The position numbers and the translations under genes are program-made. Source: a virus (Duplodnaviria; Caudoviricetes). Taken from it: a stretch of 49,325 nucleotides of DNA. The notes under the pieces were generated by a model, which searched no databases, was not told where the DNA came from, and was given only the letters and a program-made list of their open reading frames with translations. Below, in pieces: positions 1 to 8,926 of this stretch; within the stretch, counting starts at the first letter, position 1; every line of letters starts with the position of its first letter. Where the stretch lies: positions 1-49,325 of the IMG/VR virus record IMGVR_UViG_3300044646_000320. One strand, written 5' to 3'.

Positions 1-7
1 TCAGGCC

Positions 8-2089
8 ATGAGCGAGCTGATGCCAGCCTCTGGTCCAGTGAGAACGAAGATCGTCGGTCGCATGACCAACGACAAGTTCAGGCAGTCCATCCGCGTTCAG
101 AACGAGATGAATTACCTCATCACCGAGCGCATGGTGGAATACAGGGACGAGATGGAACAGATGCTGTTCCGAGTCCCTCTCGCAGGATCTTCGTTCAAGA
201 AGACCTACTTCGATCCCCTGAAGAAGCGTCCATCTTCCATCTTCGTCCCTGCCGAAGACTTCATCATCAGCTACGGCGCATCGAATCTTGAGACATGCGA
301 GCGCTATACTCATGTGATGAAGAAGACCAAGAACGAGGTTAGAAAACTTCAGGCCAACGGCTTCTACAGGAACGTTGATCTTCCTCCTCCTGCCTTCGAG
401 AAGAGCGACATCCAAGAGAAGTACGACGAGCTTGAGGGTGTGACATCCTCTGGTGCCGACGACGACCGTCACACCATCCTTGAGATGCATGTCGATTACG
501 ACCTTCCAGAGCCCTTCAGCGACACCGATGGCATCGCAAGGCCCTATGTCATCACCATTGAACTCAGCTCCCGCACGATCCTGTCTATCCGTCGCAACTG
601 GTATGAGGACGACGAAGACAAGGAGAAGCGGCTGCACTTCGTCCACTACCCCTACCTGCCCGGACTTGGCTTCTACGGCACTGGCCTGACGCACATGATC
701 GGTGGTCTGTCGCGCTCCGCTACATCTATCCTGCGCCAGCTCATCGATGCCGGTACGCTCGCCAACCTCCCCGCAGGTCTCAAGGCGAGGGGACTTCGCA
801 TCAAGGGCGACAACACCCCGTTCCAGCCCGGTGAGTTCAGGGACGTTGACATCCCCGCCGGTGCCATCAGGGACTCGATCTTCCCCTTGCCGTTCAAGGA
901 GCCCTCCACGGTCCTCTACCAGCTCCTCCAGAATTTGGTCGAGGAAGCCCGCAGGATCGGTTCTGTTGCCGATATCCAAGTCGGAGACATCAACGCTCAA
1001 GCGCCCGTAGGAACGACGCTCGCCCTTATGGAGAGATCCATGAAGGTCATGTCTGGCGTTCAGGCGCGCATGCATGCGGCGATGAAGAAAGAGCTGCGCA
1101 TCCTCGCTCAGGTCATTCATGACTTCATGCCGGAAGAGTACGAATACGAGGTGACCGGGAAGAAGGAGAACTTCAACCGCGTCGAGGACTTCGACCTCAA
1201 GACGGTCGATGTCATCCCAGTATCTGACCCGAACGCAGCCACGATGGCGCAGAGGATCATGCAGTATCAGGCTGCTCTCCAGCTCGCATCGCAGGCACCG
1301 CAACTCTACGACATGGGCAAGCTTCACCGGCAGATGCTGGAGGTTCTTGGCATTCAGGATGCCGAAGACATCATCAAGCTTCCCGATGAGATCAAACCGA
1401 AAGACCCTGTCGCCGAGAACATGGCCATCCTCAAGCAGGAGCCCGTCAAGGCGTTCCTCTATCAGGACCACGAGGCTCACATCACGGCACACATGGCCGC
1501 TGTCCAAGACCCGAAGATCCAGCAGCTCATTGGTCAGTCCCCGTTCGCCTCTGCGATCATGTCTGCAATGTCGGCACACATCACCGAGCATGTCGCATTC
1601 CAGTACCGCAAGGAGATCGAACGGCAGCTTGGAGTTCCCCTGCCGCCTGAAGACGAGCAGCTTCCTGAGGATGTCGAGGCAGACCTGTCGAGGATCGTCG
1701 CTCAGGCAGCGAACAAGCTTCTCGGAAAGAACCAGCAGGAACTGGCGCAGCAGCAAGCTCAGCAGCAGATGCAGAACCCGCTGACTCAGATCCAGATGAA
1801 GGAGCTTGAGCTGCGGGAGCGCGAGGTCAAGATCAAGGAAGCTGAGTCGCAGCACCAGATGGCGTTTGACAAGGCCAAGCTTGAACTCGAAGTCGCCAAC
1901 AAGACCGCGAATGTCGAGATCCAGCGTCAGAGGATTACCTCTGAAGAGGAGCGTGAACGCGCCCGTATCGGAGCCAAGATGGCTGTCGATTACGTCGATA
2001 TGGCCAGCAAGGAGCGACTGGAAGGTGCCAAGATCGGCGTAGAGATCGCGAAGCAGGCCGTGAGCCAGCTTGGAGACGGCAATGAGTGA
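8..2089 (+). CDS. Portal (head-tail connector) protein, probably N-terminally truncated by the window edge
   Basis: 693-aa ORF at the head of the structural operon; GFYG.GL and RQLIDAGTLANLP motifs and a Gln-rich coiled-coil C-terminus as in podovirus portals; the frame is open to the window start. Confidence 0.85.
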   Translation: MSELMPASGPVRTKIVGRMTNDKFRQSIRVQNEMNYLITERMVEYRDEMEQMLFRVPLAGSSFKKTYFDPLKKRPSSIFVPAEDFIISYGASNLETCERYTHVMKKTKNEVRKLQANGFYRNVDLPPPAFEKSDIQEKYDELEGVTSSGADDDRHTILEMHVDYDLPEPFSDTDGIARPYVITIELSSRTILSIRRNWYEDDEDKEKRLHFVHYPYLPGLGFYGTGLTHMIGGLSRSATSILRQLIDAGTLANLPAGLKARGLRIKGDNTPFQPGEFRDVDIPAGAIRDSIFPLPFKEPSTVLYQLLQNLVEEARRIGSVADIQVGDINAQAPVGTTLALMERSMKVMSGVQARMHAAMKKELRILAQVIHDFMPEEYEYEVTGKKENFNRVEDFDLKTVDVIPVSDPNAATMAQRIMQYQAALQLASQAPQLYDMGKLHRQMLEVLGIQDAEDIIKLPDEIKPKDPVAENMAILKQEPVKAFLYQDHEAHITAHMAAVQDPKIQQLIGQSPFASAIMSAMSAHITEHVAFQYRKEIERQLGVPLPPEDEQLPEDVEADLSRIVAQAANKLLGKNQQELAQQQAQQQMQNPLTQIQMKELELREREVKIKEAESQHQMAFDKAKLELEVANKTANVEIQRQRITSEEERERARIGAKMAVDYVDMASKERLEGAKIGVEIAKQAVSQLGDGNE

Positions 2090-2270
2090 CACGATCTTCA
2101 GTGTTCTCAAGGAGCGCCTCAAGGAGAGAGAAAGTTCAACTGCATTTTTTCTCTCTCAGGGCCACGCCAAGTCCTACGACGAATACACGCGCATGGTCGG
2201 TTACTGCGCGGCGATCAGGGAGTTGATGGACGATCTCGCTGAAATCGAGAAAAGGATTCTTGAAGACTGA
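2082..2270 (+). CDS. Small hypothetical phage protein between portal and GroES
   Basis: ATG 2082 preceded by GGAGA and overlapping the portal end; 62-aa helical protein. Confidence 0.75.
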   Translation: MSDTIFSVLKERLKERESSTAFFLSQGHAKSYDEYTRMVGYCAAIRELMDDLAEIEKRILED

Positions 2271-2355
2271 TTCGCGATGATCTAGCGTGTCCCCACGAGT
2301 CGTGGATGTCCACGCATGGCAACTGTGACGCCACAAGTCACTGCATGAGGCAAGA

Positions 2356-2724
2356 ATGTACACATCAAGCAAGATTGATGACGAGCATCTGAAGGCCAAG
2401 CTGCCAGAGCCCACAGGCTACAAGCTTCTCATCGCGATCCCTGAAGTGAGTGAAAAGACGGATGGCGGCGTCTACATGCCTGACGCCCTCAAGAAGGCAG
2501 AGGAGACGGCATCCATCATTGGATTCGTCGTCAAGTCTGGCCCAGAGGCATACACCGACATCAACAAGTTTCCCAACGGCCCTTGGTGCAAGGACGGTAA
2601 TTTTGTCATCTTCCGCTCGTACTCCGGCACCAGATTCAAGGTTCTTGGGAAAGAGTTCCGTCTGATCAATGACGACACGGTCGAGGCCGTGGTCGAAGAC
2701 CCGAGGGGGTATAGCAGAGCATGA
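2356..2724 (+). CDS. groES: GroES/Cpn10-like co-chaperonin
   Basis: P.GYKLLI...EKTDGGVYMP (mobile loop)...G.VVKSGP...V.FRSYSGT...RLINDD.V.AVV match the Cpn10 pattern. Confidence 0.85.
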   Translation: MYTSSKIDDEHLKAKLPEPTGYKLLIAIPEVSEKTDGGVYMPDALKKAEETASIIGFVVKSGPEAYTDINKFPNGPWCKDGNFVIFRSYSGTRFKVLGKEFRLINDDTVEAVVEDPRGYSRA

Positions 2725-3629
2725 GCGACGAAGCTGAAGACAAGTTCGAAGTCGAGATCGAGGACGACACCCCTGAGCAGGATCGAGGCAAGCCGCGTCG
2801 TCCTGATGGTGCAGAGCCCGATGTTCCAGAAGAAGACGAGATCGCCTCCTACTCTGAGTCCGTTCAGAAGCGGATCAAGAAACTCAAGTACGAGTTTCAT
2901 GAGGAGCGTCGTCGCAAGGAAGAAGCAGAGCGGCTTCGAGAGGAAGCCATTCGCTATGCCGAGAACCAGAAGCGCGAACTCGATGCCATGCGCTCTAAGT
3001 ACGCTGAGGGCGAGACACTCTACGTCGGTCAAGTGAAGGCTCGCATCGATGTCGAGCTGGAGAGGGCGAGAAACGAGTACAAGGTCGCCTACGAATCAGG
3101 AGACGCAGATGCTCTCGTGAAGGCGAACGAAAGGCTCACTGAACTCAAGAACGAGAAGATCCGTCTTGATTCTTTCAGACCGGCTCCTCCTCCCCCTGCC
3201 CAGCCAGCTCCCTATGCTCGTCAACCAGTTCCTCAGGTTCCTGTCCCGAACCAGAGGACGATGGAATGGGCTCGGAAGAACCCTTGGTTCGGACCAGACA
3301 AGCACAACGACTCAGAGATGACTGCCCTTGCACTTGGTGTGCATGAAAAACTCCAGAAAAGTGGAGTTGAAGTTGGCAGTGAAAAGTACTATGCTGAAAT
3401 TGACGCTGCCGTGAGGAAGCGTTTTCCTGAGAAGTTTGGCGACGAAGACATCGAGGTGAAGGCACCTTCTCGTCAGACCGGCTCCGTGGTGGCCCCTGCG
3501 TCTCGCAGCGTTCCAACATCACGCGACAAAGTGCGAATCACCGCTTCCGCCGCCGCTCTCGCCAAGCGGCTTGGTTTGACCCCGGAACAATACGCGGCGC
3601 AAGTTCTCAAGGAGAGAAGCAATGGCTGA
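2721..3629 (+). CDS. Putative capsid scaffolding protein
   Basis: Acidic N-terminus, long coiled coil, Pro-rich linker, C-terminal AKRLGLTPEQYA helix; lies between portal and capsid genes. Confidence 0.65.
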   Translation: MSDEAEDKFEVEIEDDTPEQDRGKPRRPDGAEPDVPEEDEIASYSESVQKRIKKLKYEFHEERRRKEEAERLREEAIRYAENQKRELDAMRSKYAEGETLYVGQVKARIDVELERARNEYKVAYESGDADALVKANERLTELKNEKIRLDSFRPAPPPPAQPAPYARQPVPQVPVPNQRTMEWARKNPWFGPDKHNDSEMTALALGVHEKLQKSGVEVGSEKYYAEIDAAVRKRFPEKFGDEDIEVKAPSRQTGSVVAPASRSVPTSRDKVRITASAAALAKRLGLTPEQYAAQVLKERSNG

Positions 3630-4065
3630 CAGGACGCCTCGTCAACAAACGACTCGCGAAGCAGCGCAACGCAAGCGTTCGTGGCAGCGCTCCGCCATGA
3701 TCCCGGCTCCCGAACCCAGAGAAGGACTCCACTTCCGCTGGATTCGCACCTCCTCCATGGGCCAATCGGATCTCACGAACGTTTCTCGGCGTTTCCGTGA
3801 TGGCTACACGCCTGTCAAAGCTGAAGACTTTCCTGAGCTTCAGATTCTTTCCGATGTGGATTCTCGGTTCAAAGGGAACATCGAGGTAGGTGGATTGCTG
3901 CTGTGCAGCATCCCCGAAGAGTTCGCGCAGGATCGCGCCCAAGGCCAACTCGAGGAAGCTCGTGCACAAATTCAGGCCGTGGACAACAATCTCATGCGTG
4001 AGCAAGACCGTCGTATGCCATTGAGCATCGAGAGAACCAGTCGCACCAGCTTCGGAAAGGGCTAA
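3622..4065 (+). CDS. Hypothetical head-module protein
   Basis: 147 aa, AGGAG RBS, overlaps the scaffold stop. Confidence 0.75.
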   Translation: MADRTPRQQTTREAAQRKRSWQRSAMIPAPEPREGLHFRWIRTSSMGQSDLTNVSRRFRDGYTPVKAEDFPELQILSDVDSRFKGNIEVGGLLLCSIPEEFAQDRAQGQLEEARAQIQAVDNNLMREQDRRMPLSIERTSRTSFGKG

Positions 4066-4099
4066 CGCCCTCATATCAACCCCGTTCTAGGAGAGAGAC

Positions 4100-4762
4100 A
4101 TGGCCAGTGTTGCCACTCCCTACGGCCTCAAACCGCTGAATCTGATCGGCGGTCAGGCCTTCAATGGCGGGGTCATCCGTGAGTTCAAGGTCGCCGCCAA
4201 CAACTCGGCTGCGATCTTCAATGGTGACCTCGTCGTCCTCAGCTCTGCCGGTCAGCCTTCGGCTGTCGGTTCTACTCCTGTTGCGATCAAGATCCCCACG
4301 ACCTCGTCCGATGCTACGGCGGGTATCGTCGGTGTCTGCGTCGGCGCTCGCTATGTGAACAGCTCGGGCCAGCCCACTTGGAACAACTACCTTCCTGCCA
4401 ACGTCATCACCGGCGGCGGCTCGGATGTGTATGTCCTCGTGATGGACGATCCCGATGCTCTGTTCCAGATCAAGGGCAGCGCCGCTCTCGGCACGTTCAA
4501 CTCGGGCACTGATGGCTCGGGCTGGCCGGGTGCCATTGGCAAGAACGCTCAGCTTGGCTTCGGCACGGCTGGTCTTACCACGACCGGCGTGTCGGGTATG
4601 AACCTGCTCACCGGCACCAACGGCAACGGTCTTGTCACGACGGCAACGTACGCTGTGCGTATCGTTGACGTTGTCGCTGGCACCGAGAGCGATGACTATC
4701 CCGAGTTCATCGTCAAGCTGAACGTCGGGGTTCACTCGTACTACAACTCTCTCGGCGTCTAA
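4100..4762 (+). CDS. Putative capsid decoration / minor head protein
   Basis: Gly/Ala/Thr-rich beta-type protein directly upstream of the capsid gene; AGGAGAG RBS. Confidence 0.6.
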   Translation: MASVATPYGLKPLNLIGGQAFNGGVIREFKVAANNSAAIFNGDLVVLSSAGQPSAVGSTPVAIKIPTTSSDATAGIVGVCVGARYVNSSGQPTWNNYLPANVITGGGSDVYVLVMDDPDALFQIKGSAALGTFNSGTDGSGWPGAIGKNAQLGFGTAGLTTTGVSGMNLLTGTNGNGLVTTATYAVRIVDVVAGTESDDYPEFIVKLNVGVHSYYNSLGV

Positions 4763-4775
4763 GGAGGGCTGAAAC

Positions 4776-5681
4776 ATGGCTATCTCTCGCGCACAAGCCC
4801 TCAAGGAACTGCTCCCCGGTCTCAATGCGTTGTTTGGTCTTGAGTACGCAAAGTATGAAGACGAACATACGGAAATCTATGAGACTGAAACTTCGGAGCG
4901 TTCGTTCGAGGAAGAAGTCAAACTTTCTGGTTTTGGATCGGCTCCCGTGAAAGCGGAAGGCGCTGCAATCCAGTACGACAACGCACAGGAATCGTTCACC
5001 GCTCGTTATACGCACGAGACGGTTGCGATGGGCTTCGCCATCACCGAAGAGGCGATGGAGGACAACCTGTACGACTCGCTCTCGGCCCGCTACACGAAGG
5101 CACTGGCTCGCGCCATGGCCTACACGAAGCAGGTCAAGGCGGCTTCGCTCCTGAACACGGGCTTTGACACCTTCCTCGCTGGGGATGGTGTGACCCTGTT
5201 CAACACGGCGCATCCCACGGTCTCCGGCATCACCAATGCCAACGAGCCCACGGCTGCTGCCGACCTGAACGAGACCTCGCTCGAACAGGCTGTGATCGAC
5301 ATCGCTGCGTTCCGTGACGAACGTGGCCTGCTGATCGCCGCCCGCCCGCGCAAGCTGATCGTTCCCCCGGCTCTGATGTTCGTTGCTACTCGTCTCCTTG
5401 AGACCGAGCTGCGTGTCGGCACCGCCGATAACGACATCAACGCCCTGAAGTCCAACGGTTCGATCCCCGAGGGCTACCGTGTCAACCACTACCTGACGGA
5501 CAACGATGCGTGGTTCCTCACCACCGATGTTCCGAACGGCATGAAGCACTTCGTCCGTGTCGCGATGCAGACCGGCATGGATGGTGACTTCGACACGGGG
5601 AACGTCCGCTACAAGGCGCGTGAGCGTTACTCGTTCGGCGTCTCGGACCCGCTGGGCATCTACGGCTCGCCGGGCGTCTGA
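4776..5681 (+). CDS. Major capsid protein (Mu gpT-like, HK97 fold)
   Basis: MAISRAQ.LKELLPGLNALFG N-terminus, P.KLIVPP.L, and DFDTGNVRYKARERYSFG..DP C-terminus; AAGGAGG RBS; followed by terminators. Confidence 0.9.
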   Translation: MAISRAQALKELLPGLNALFGLEYAKYEDEHTEIYETETSERSFEEEVKLSGFGSAPVKAEGAAIQYDNAQESFTARYTHETVAMGFAITEEAMEDNLYDSLSARYTKALARAMAYTKQVKAASLLNTGFDTFLAGDGVTLFNTAHPTVSGITNANEPTAAADLNETSLEQAVIDIAAFRDERGLLIAARPRKLIVPPALMFVATRLLETELRVGTADNDINALKSNGSIPEGYRVNHYLTDNDAWFLTTDVPNGMKHFVRVAMQTGMDGDFDTGNVRYKARERYSFGVSDPLGIYGSPGV

Positions 5682-5710
5682 CCCCCTGCATCGCTTCGGT
5701 GTTGCAGTGA

Positions 5711-5740
5711 AAGGGCGGGGAAACCCGCCCTTTCTTTTTT
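5711..5740 (+). terminator. Rho-independent terminator after the capsid gene
   Basis: AAAGGGCGGG-AAA-CCCGCCCTTT followed by CTTTTTT; a UUCG-capped hairpin at 5686-5707 precedes it. Confidence 0.85.
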
Positions 5741-5760
5741 CTGCAAGATCTGGCATAAGG

Positions 5761-5822
5761 ATGGGACTACCTCCCTGTTTGCTCGACTTGAGGGCCACTG
5801 CTTAACGGTGGCCCTTTCTTTT
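5761..5822 (+). ncRNA. Candidate small RNA with an anti-SD (ACCUCCC) motif between tandem terminators
   Basis: ACCTCCC at 5769-5775 followed by its own terminator; no clear promoter seen. Confidence 0.35.
5791..5822 (+). terminator. Second Rho-independent terminator
   Basis: AGGGCCACTG-CTTAA-CGGTGGCCCT followed by TTCTTTT. Confidence 0.8.
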
Positions 5823-5850
5823 ACTGGATCATTGCTGTAGTATCTGTTCA

Positions 5851-5925
5851 GGGCGACATCAGTTACGCAGACAGGGTGCCCACCTGACGTTGCACGGACT
5901 GCGTAGCGAATCCTTGTGCAAGAGG
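5851..5925 (+). ncRNA. Structured, pseudoknotted cis-RNA candidate downstream of the gpT-like capsid gene
   Basis: Stem 5862-5870/5899-5907 is crossed by stem 5890-5898/5911-5921; inner stem 5872-5875/5883-5886; abuts the GAGG RBS of the next gene. Confidence 0.5.
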
Positions 5926-5932
5926 TGCTGCA

Positions 5933-6529
5933 ATGGCCAATACGACCTTCAACGGTCCGGTCCGTTCCGAGAACGGATTCCAGACCATCTCCATCAACTC
6001 GACGACCGGAACCATCACGACGCTCAGCAAGAGCGCCGCTGCTATTGCCAACCCCGCTGCGACGGGCGCTGGCATCGAGGGCACCGCTGCCGTCTATGAG
6101 ACTTCGGTCAAAACTGAGAACGGTATCGTCACCACCTCGATCATGATCGACCTGACCGGCCTCAACTCCGGCGGTACCGCTGGCGACATCATTGGCAAGA
6201 ACGGCTCTGGCGTGGCCTACATTGCCCGCATCACCACCGCTGACAACGGCACGGTGTTCGGCGTGAAGATGACCTGCTTCGAGGCCCCCACGGGCGGCGA
6301 CAACGACATCGACCTCTACTCTGCTACTGAGGGCACGGGTGTCGAAGACGTTGCCATCTCGACGCTGACTGAGACGCAGATCATCAACTCGGGCACGCTG
6401 TCTCTTGGCACGACCGTTGCTGGCACCGACATCGCCGCGAACCAGTACCTGTATCTCGTCGGTCAGGGTACCTCGAACACCACCTACACCGCCGGTCGCC
6501 TTCTGATCGAAATCTTCGGCTACGCCTGA
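5933..6529 (+). CDS. Putative virion structural protein (head fibre/decoration type)
   Basis: MANTTFNGPVRSENGF N-terminus; Thr/Gly-rich beta composition; late-operon position. Confidence 0.65.
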   Translation: MANTTFNGPVRSENGFQTISINSTTGTITTLSKSAAAIANPAATGAGIEGTAAVYETSVKTENGIVTTSIMIDLTGLNSGGTAGDIIGKNGSGVAYIARITTADNGTVFGVKMTCFEAPTGGDNDIDLYSATEGTGVEDVAISTLTETQIINSGTLSLGTTVAGTDIAANQYLYLVGQGTSNTTYTAGRLLIEIFGYA

Positions 6530-6542
6530 TAGGAGGCTCCCC

Positions 6543-7166
6543 ATGGGCATGTATGATGTCCTTACAAAATACATAGCGGCGGACACCACCGCCGCTGATG
6601 CTGATGGGGTTTGCCAGTCTCAAACGCCTGCCGCTGGCGGCGTGCAGAACCTCACCATCAACGGCGCGCTGTCTTCGGGCGGCGTTGCCACCTTTGTTGC
6701 TGCGCGCTTCATAACGATTGCCTCTGCTGCGGATGATAGCGCCCGGACGTTCACGGTGACGGGAACGGACGTGAACGGAAAAGTGCAGACGGAAGTGATT
6801 GCGGGGCCTGCGACTACCGTGACTGGCACAAGGTACTTCCGCACAGTTACGCAGGTCAGCGTTGACGGAAACACTGCTGGTGCGATTACGGTTGGCATGG
6901 CTAACAACTCGTTGGACGTGGTCAATGCTGGCCGCATTCGTATGCGGGGTATCTACCTTGTCCATACGAATACAGCAGGTACGATCCCCTTCAGGAACGG
7001 CAGTGCCACTGGCACGGCTCTCATCACCGTTGCCACGCCTTCCGCCGCCAACACGACGCGCGATCTGGTCATCCCTGATGATGGGGTGATCTTTGCTGAT
7101 GGTGCCTACATCACCTACACTGCCGGAACGACGGTTTTCTCCAGCGTCTTGGCAATGTACACTTGA
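6543..7166 (+). CDS. Putative virion structural protein
   Basis: AGGAGG RBS; Ala/Thr/Gly/Val-rich 207 aa. Confidence 0.65.
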   Translation: MGMYDVLTKYIAADTTAADADGVCQSQTPAAGGVQNLTINGALSSGGVATFVAARFITIASAADDSARTFTVTGTDVNGKVQTEVIAGPATTVTGTRYFRTVTQVSVDGNTAGAITVGMANNSLDVVNAGRIRMRGIYLVHTNTAGTIPFRNGSATGTALITVATPSAANTTRDLVIPDDGVIFADGAYITYTAGTTVFSSVLAMYT

Positions 7167-7175
7167 GGAAAACAG

Positions 7176-7955
7176 ATGGCTCGGGAGCTTGCTTCCATAT
7201 CGAGGTTCGGGCTTACCGAGCCGTTTGAGTTTCAGGTTGGCCGTGGCCAGATCACAGGCCACAGCGTCATTCATGTCTTCGGCTTCAACCCTGATGTGGA
7301 CACGAACGAAGAAACGATCTGGCCGATTGACGGGATTCTGGGTCATCCTTCGTCCCCGACAGTGATGAAGATCAGTTCTTCCAGCGCCGACGACGATGCT
7401 ACGGGCACTGGCGCTAGGACTGTCCTCATCGAGGGTGTGAACGGGACTGGCGGTCTTGTGACTGAGACCGTCATTCTTGACGGCCAGAACGAGGTCAACA
7501 CTGTCAACAGCTACGACGCCATCGAGCGGATGACTGTGCTGACTGTCGGTTCCGGTGGGAAGAATGCTGGGATCATATACGCTGGCACGGGAACGGTTAC
7601 TGCGGGTGTGCCGGCAGTGCCGTACAGCGCGATTGGTATCGGGGACAACACCTCCCTTGTCGGCCATTGGACATGCCCAACCGGGTACACCGGCTACCTT
7701 GTCGAGGGGAAGTTTACGGTTGGCCCATCGTCCGGAAACCAGTACGTCATCGGGCGGCTGAAACTGCGCGGGGCGGATAACGTCATCCGCACTGCGGCGA
7801 TCACGACGCTTCAATCTGGGACATCGGATTACCTGTTTCAGTACCCCGTCAAGATAAATCCGGGCGAGTGTGTCACAGCTACCGCTCAGGGCTCTGGGTC
7901 CAATAGCACCGTCTCCAGCTACTTCCAGATCGTTCTAGTCAGGGACGCTCAGTGA
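7176..7955 (+). CDS. Putative virion structural protein (beta-sandwich type)
   Basis: GAGG RBS; 259 aa; shares an S..DD...ART..I/V.G..G....TE.I/V segment with the upstream gene. Confidence 0.65.
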   Translation: MARELASISRFGLTEPFEFQVGRGQITGHSVIHVFGFNPDVDTNEETIWPIDGILGHPSSPTVMKISSSSADDDATGTGARTVLIEGVNGTGGLVTETVILDGQNEVNTVNSYDAIERMTVLTVGSGGKNAGIIYAGTGTVTAGVPAVPYSAIGIGDNTSLVGHWTCPTGYTGYLVEGKFTVGPSSGNQYVIGRLKLRGADNVIRTAAITTLQSGTSDYLFQYPVKINPGECVTATAQGSGSNSTVSSYFQIVLVRDAQ

Positions 7956-8215
7956 TGTCAAAGTCTCCCGCATGGACCCGCAAGGAAGGCAAAGACCCGA
8001 AGGGCGGTCTGAACGCCAAGGGAAGAGCGAGCTATAACCGCGCGAACCCCGGAAAGCCGGGCCTCAAGCCGCCAGCTCCGAATCCAAAGACCAAGGAAGA
8101 TGCTGGTCGTCGCAAGAGTTTTTGCGCCAGAATGGGCGGCATGCCGGGCCCTATGAAGGATGAAAAAGGGAGGCCAACGCGCAAAGCGTTGTCGCTAAGA
8201 GCATGGAACTGCTGA
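7952..8215 (+). CDS. Small basic phage protein (DUF6321-like)
   Basis: AWTRKEGKDPKGGLNAKGRASY...RRKSFCARM...SLRAWNC pattern; Lys/Arg/Pro-rich. Confidence 0.75.
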   Translation: MMSKSPAWTRKEGKDPKGGLNAKGRASYNRANPGKPGLKPPAPNPKTKEDAGRRKSFCARMGGMPGPMKDEKGRPTRKALSLRAWNC

Positions 8216-8613
8216 CCTGTACGCGGTGCAAGGGGCAAAAACCGGCCACCCTAGAGCATTTCCCGCCGCACAATAAGAAGCGGAACGGGCTGGATAGCTG
8301 GTGTCGTGACTGTAGAGCCACGTACCGCAACGCGATTAACCGTGGCAAGTTCCGAGACACCATTTCCGACGCCGCGCTTGTGGGGTTGAAGAGCACTACG
8401 CACGAGTGTGTAATATGTGGTAGTGTGGAGCCGCTAGTTGTGGATCACGACCACAAGACAAACAAGGTGCGAGGCATGCTGTGCAACCACTGCAATAGGG
8501 GTCTCGGGCATTTCAGAGACGACCCTGCGCTGCTGGAGTTCGCAAGAATCTACCTTCTCAGCAGCTTGGACAGCCCGGAAGCAGAAGAGTACTTGGGAAA
8601 GGGGGTCGCTTGA
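8203..8613 (+). CDS. Endonuclease VII-family (His-Me finger) nuclease, possible homing endonuclease
   Basis: CxxC..CxxC N-terminal Zn module plus CVICG...LVVDHDHKTNKVRGMLCNHCNRGLGHF.DD, the Endo VII signature. Confidence 0.85.
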   Translation: MELLTCTRCKGQKPATLEHFPPHNKKRNGLDSWCRDCRATYRNAINRGKFRDTISDAALVGLKSTTHECVICGSVEPLVVDHDHKTNKVRGMLCNHCNRGLGHFRDDPALLEFARIYLLSSLDSPEAEEYLGKGVA

Positions 8614-8614
8614 C

Positions 8615-8755
8615 ATGCCGCTGACCAAGAAGGGCGGGAAGATCAAGAAGGCCATGCAGAAGCAGTATGGCAAGAAGCGCGGAGAGACCGTTTTCTATGC
8701 TTCTGAGAACAAGGGAACCATCACTGGCGTAGCCAAGAAAGGATCGAAGAAATGA
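8615..8755 (+). CDS. Small Lys-rich protein (46 aa, MPLTKKGGKIKKAM...)
   Basis: ATG two bases after the Endo VII stop; ATGA-coupled to the next gene. Confidence 0.7.
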   Translation: MPLTKKGGKIKKAMQKQYGKKRGETVFYASENKGTITGVAKKGSKK

Positions 8756-8916
8756 TGGGTCGTGGGAACATGGGCAAGCAGATTGCTACCGCCCCTTCGA
8801 GCAAGAAGCCGATGATGATGGCAAAGGGTGGCAAGGCGTTCAAGACTTGCTCCGAGTGCCCGTCGCCTGCCAAGTGCAAGGCGGCTGGCAAGTGCATGAT
8901 GAAATCGAAGAAGTAG
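8752..8916 (+). CDS. Small basic Cys/Met-rich protein (54 aa; not in the ORF track)
   Basis: Translated by hand: MMGRGNMGKQIATAPSSKKPMMMAKGGKAFKTCSECPSPAKCKAAGKCMMKSKK; fills the gap exactly, with an ATGA overlap. Confidence 0.65.
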   Translation: MMGRGNMGKQIATAPSSKKPMMMAKGGKAFKTCSECPSPAKCKAAGKCMMKSKK

Positions 8917-8926
8917 GAGAAGTTCA

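Noticed and set aside
4713-7814. Long minus-strand ORFs (4713-5798, 5660-6589, 6384-7814)
   Set aside because: Antisense shadows of GC3-biased structural genes, with no recognisable motifs.
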